A DNA stretch of 64,000 bases from Schmidtea nova. Taxonomy: Eukaryota. Under the pieces are notes generated by a model that was given only the letters and a program-made list of their open reading frames with translations, was not told the origin of the DNA and did no database searches. Shown here piece by piece: positions 62,410 to 64,000 of the stretch; the first letter of the stretch is position 1, and each line of letters opens with the position of its first letter. The stretch spans positions 357,678,001 to 357,742,000 of the forward strand of contig CM097883.1 of assembly GCA_044892505.1 (NCBI GenBank), in the 5' to 3' direction. A program made the translations under genes and the position numbers.

Positions 62410-62484
<75 letters not shown>
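62410..62484. repeat. (TA)n microsatellite
   Basis: Directly visible. Confidence 0.98.
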
Positions 62485-62488
<4 letters not shown>

Positions 62489-62774
62489 GAATATTAAAAT
62501 TAAGATTTCATTAAAAAATGAATTAAATTAAAAGTAAGTTTAATAAATATAAAAGAAATATTTTTAAGTTTTTCATTCTAAAATCTTCGAAAAAGAAGTC
62601 GAAACAAGAATGAAAATTATTCTTGAAGCAAATTCAGTTTCGGCAGTGTATCTGGTTAGGAATCCAGCAGTACAATTTCTGCAATACTCAATGGAATTTT
62701 GAAATTTCCAATCACTTATTCATTTAAAGCATATATTTATTTAATTATAAACATTTAACAATTTTTCTATTTAG

Positions 62775-63034
62775 GAACCTGTGACTTTGAAGCATACCTA
62801 TATAACATTCAAGTAGGAAGGATTGGCAAGTTAGATAGAAGAAATATATCTGAAATTTTGATATTTATCAATAAAGGAATTCCATTTAATGAAGAATTTA
62901 CATACATGTATTGCAATAAAGATTGCAATTTAAAAAATCCTGATGAAAATTCAATATATCAAATCAAAATTATTATACAAGGCTTTAAAGAATCTAACAA
63001 TGTAGTAAAACCAGTTTGGAAGATTATAAAATAA
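62775..63034 (+). CDS. probable terminal exon of an unidentified gene
   Basis: tttag acceptor, then 85 stop-free codons in very AT-rich DNA (TCDFEAYLYNIQVGRIGKLDRRN...VKPVWKNYK*). Confidence 0.35.
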
Positions 63035-63256
63035 AATTTATATGAATAAAATTTATTTATCAAGTCTTGTCTTTTCATTACAAGTTTTAATTGAAATATT
63101 TTGTTGTCAAGTATTTTTATAATGATTTATTAACAATTATTTATTTTTAAAGTGAGAATGGTTATTTAAAAGTATCTTAAAATGTTTAATTTTAATTGAT
63201 ATTGTTTAAATAGTCTGTTTGACTTTCTAAATTTAAATTCAACTTACTTGTTTTTG

Positions 63257-63583
63257 TCATTGAATTTGGTATCGAATTCTGTTATATTTAATTGGCATTA
63301 AAATTGAAGAAAGTTTTTTAATCAATAGCGGTGTATAGTAAAATCCCATTGGGTCAAACACATGTATTTTATCGGGTTTCACATAAACTGCGATCCAATG
63401 TTCACCATTAAGATTTGATGAATAAATATTGACAATCAAAGCTTTGTTCACATCAATATGTGGTACTTTATCCATTGAAAAAACACCAAGAAATTATAAT
63501 CCTAATAATTTTCTAGCAATATGTTCAATCTGAATAGAACTAATAAAAATAAAAATTTAAATTAAATTAAAATCTTACTTCAT
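63257..63583 (-). pseudogene. Polinton/Maverick adenain-type cysteine protease, N-terminal two-thirds, with a probable 39-nt intron (63540-63578)
   Basis: Spliced MNSIQIEHIARKLLGL*FLGVFSMDKVP...LIVN...NGEHWIAVY...VFDPMG...YNRIRYQ; catalytic His and Asp present, the Cys segment missing. Confidence 0.78.
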
Positions 63584-64000
63584 TTGATGCTAAATTTTAG
63601 AAATCAAATTTAGAAATCAAACCAATAATTTCCAATCAAACCAATAACGTTTGATTGCCAATCAAACGTTATTATTGTGCGATTAGATGTAATTTGCAAT
63701 TCTTTTTCAAAAAGCTCAATTTACAATTACAGAAACTGATTCAGTCAATAGTGTACCAAACTAAATATAAGTGGCATGATGTGGTTAGATGTGCATACAT
63801 GAACTTTCGTGGGAATTAGGTGTGTGTAAACGAACATTAGATTGACTGTTAATCGTGTATATTCAAAATTTTACGAATTTTTAGTGTGTTTAAACAAAAG
63901 TGTTTTTTTTTAATATTTAGTTTAAATAAGATTTGGTGGGGATTTCACAATAAATTTTATTTTCAATTGATTGACGGAGATTTTGGAAGATAAAGTAGTG

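Noticed and set aside
63227-63247. Second, 21-nt intron in the Polinton protease
   Set aside because: GT-AG ends are present, but splicing does not recover the expected CG catalytic motif, so truncation is the simpler reading.
1-64000. Alternative genetic code (TAA/TAG read as Gln) to explain the many in-frame stops
   Set aside because: The stops replace varied consensus residues, include TGA and co-occur with frameshifts; the 476-aa ORF has no internal TAA/TAG. Ordinary pseudogenisation explains the pattern.

Overview
AT-rich eukaryotic (animal-like) genomic DNA with short GT-AG introns, (TA)n and (TTA)n microsatellites and four N-gaps. No rRNA, tRNA genes or CRISPR arrays were recognised. 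Most of the window is nested, decayed transposable elements: (1) a complete 4.07-kb LTR retrotransposon with ~98-bp LTRs inside a hAT/Buster transposase gene; (2) several hAT, piggyBac, MULE, IS630/Tc1 and Helitron remnants; (3) a near full-length Tigger/pogo element; (4) an RLE-type non-LTR retrotransposon whose Ulp1-like protease is split by a 3.1-kb LTR-derived insert; (5) a rearranged second copy of the short-LTR family. Few host-like genes are recognisable: a TCF19-like FHA gene with a damaged 3' end, a possible HYLS1-like fragment, and an intact intronless 476-aa multi-pass membrane protein resembling otopetrins. The most unusual content is two retroelement 3' regions that look like complex retroviruses. 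At 48.3-51.0 kb an integrase tail is fused in frame to a small type-I membrane glycoprotein (env-like), followed by an orphan ORF and a REX4/ISG20-like DEDDh exonuclease-fold ORF. At 22.1-23.4 kb are two intact orphan ORFs, one with a Rev-like Arg-rich motif. Three of these accessory ORFs sit directly behind a canonical splice acceptor. A Polinton/adenain-type protease gene near the right end appears to carry a 39-nt spliceosomal intron. All family assignments come from motif recognition by eye; no database search was run.
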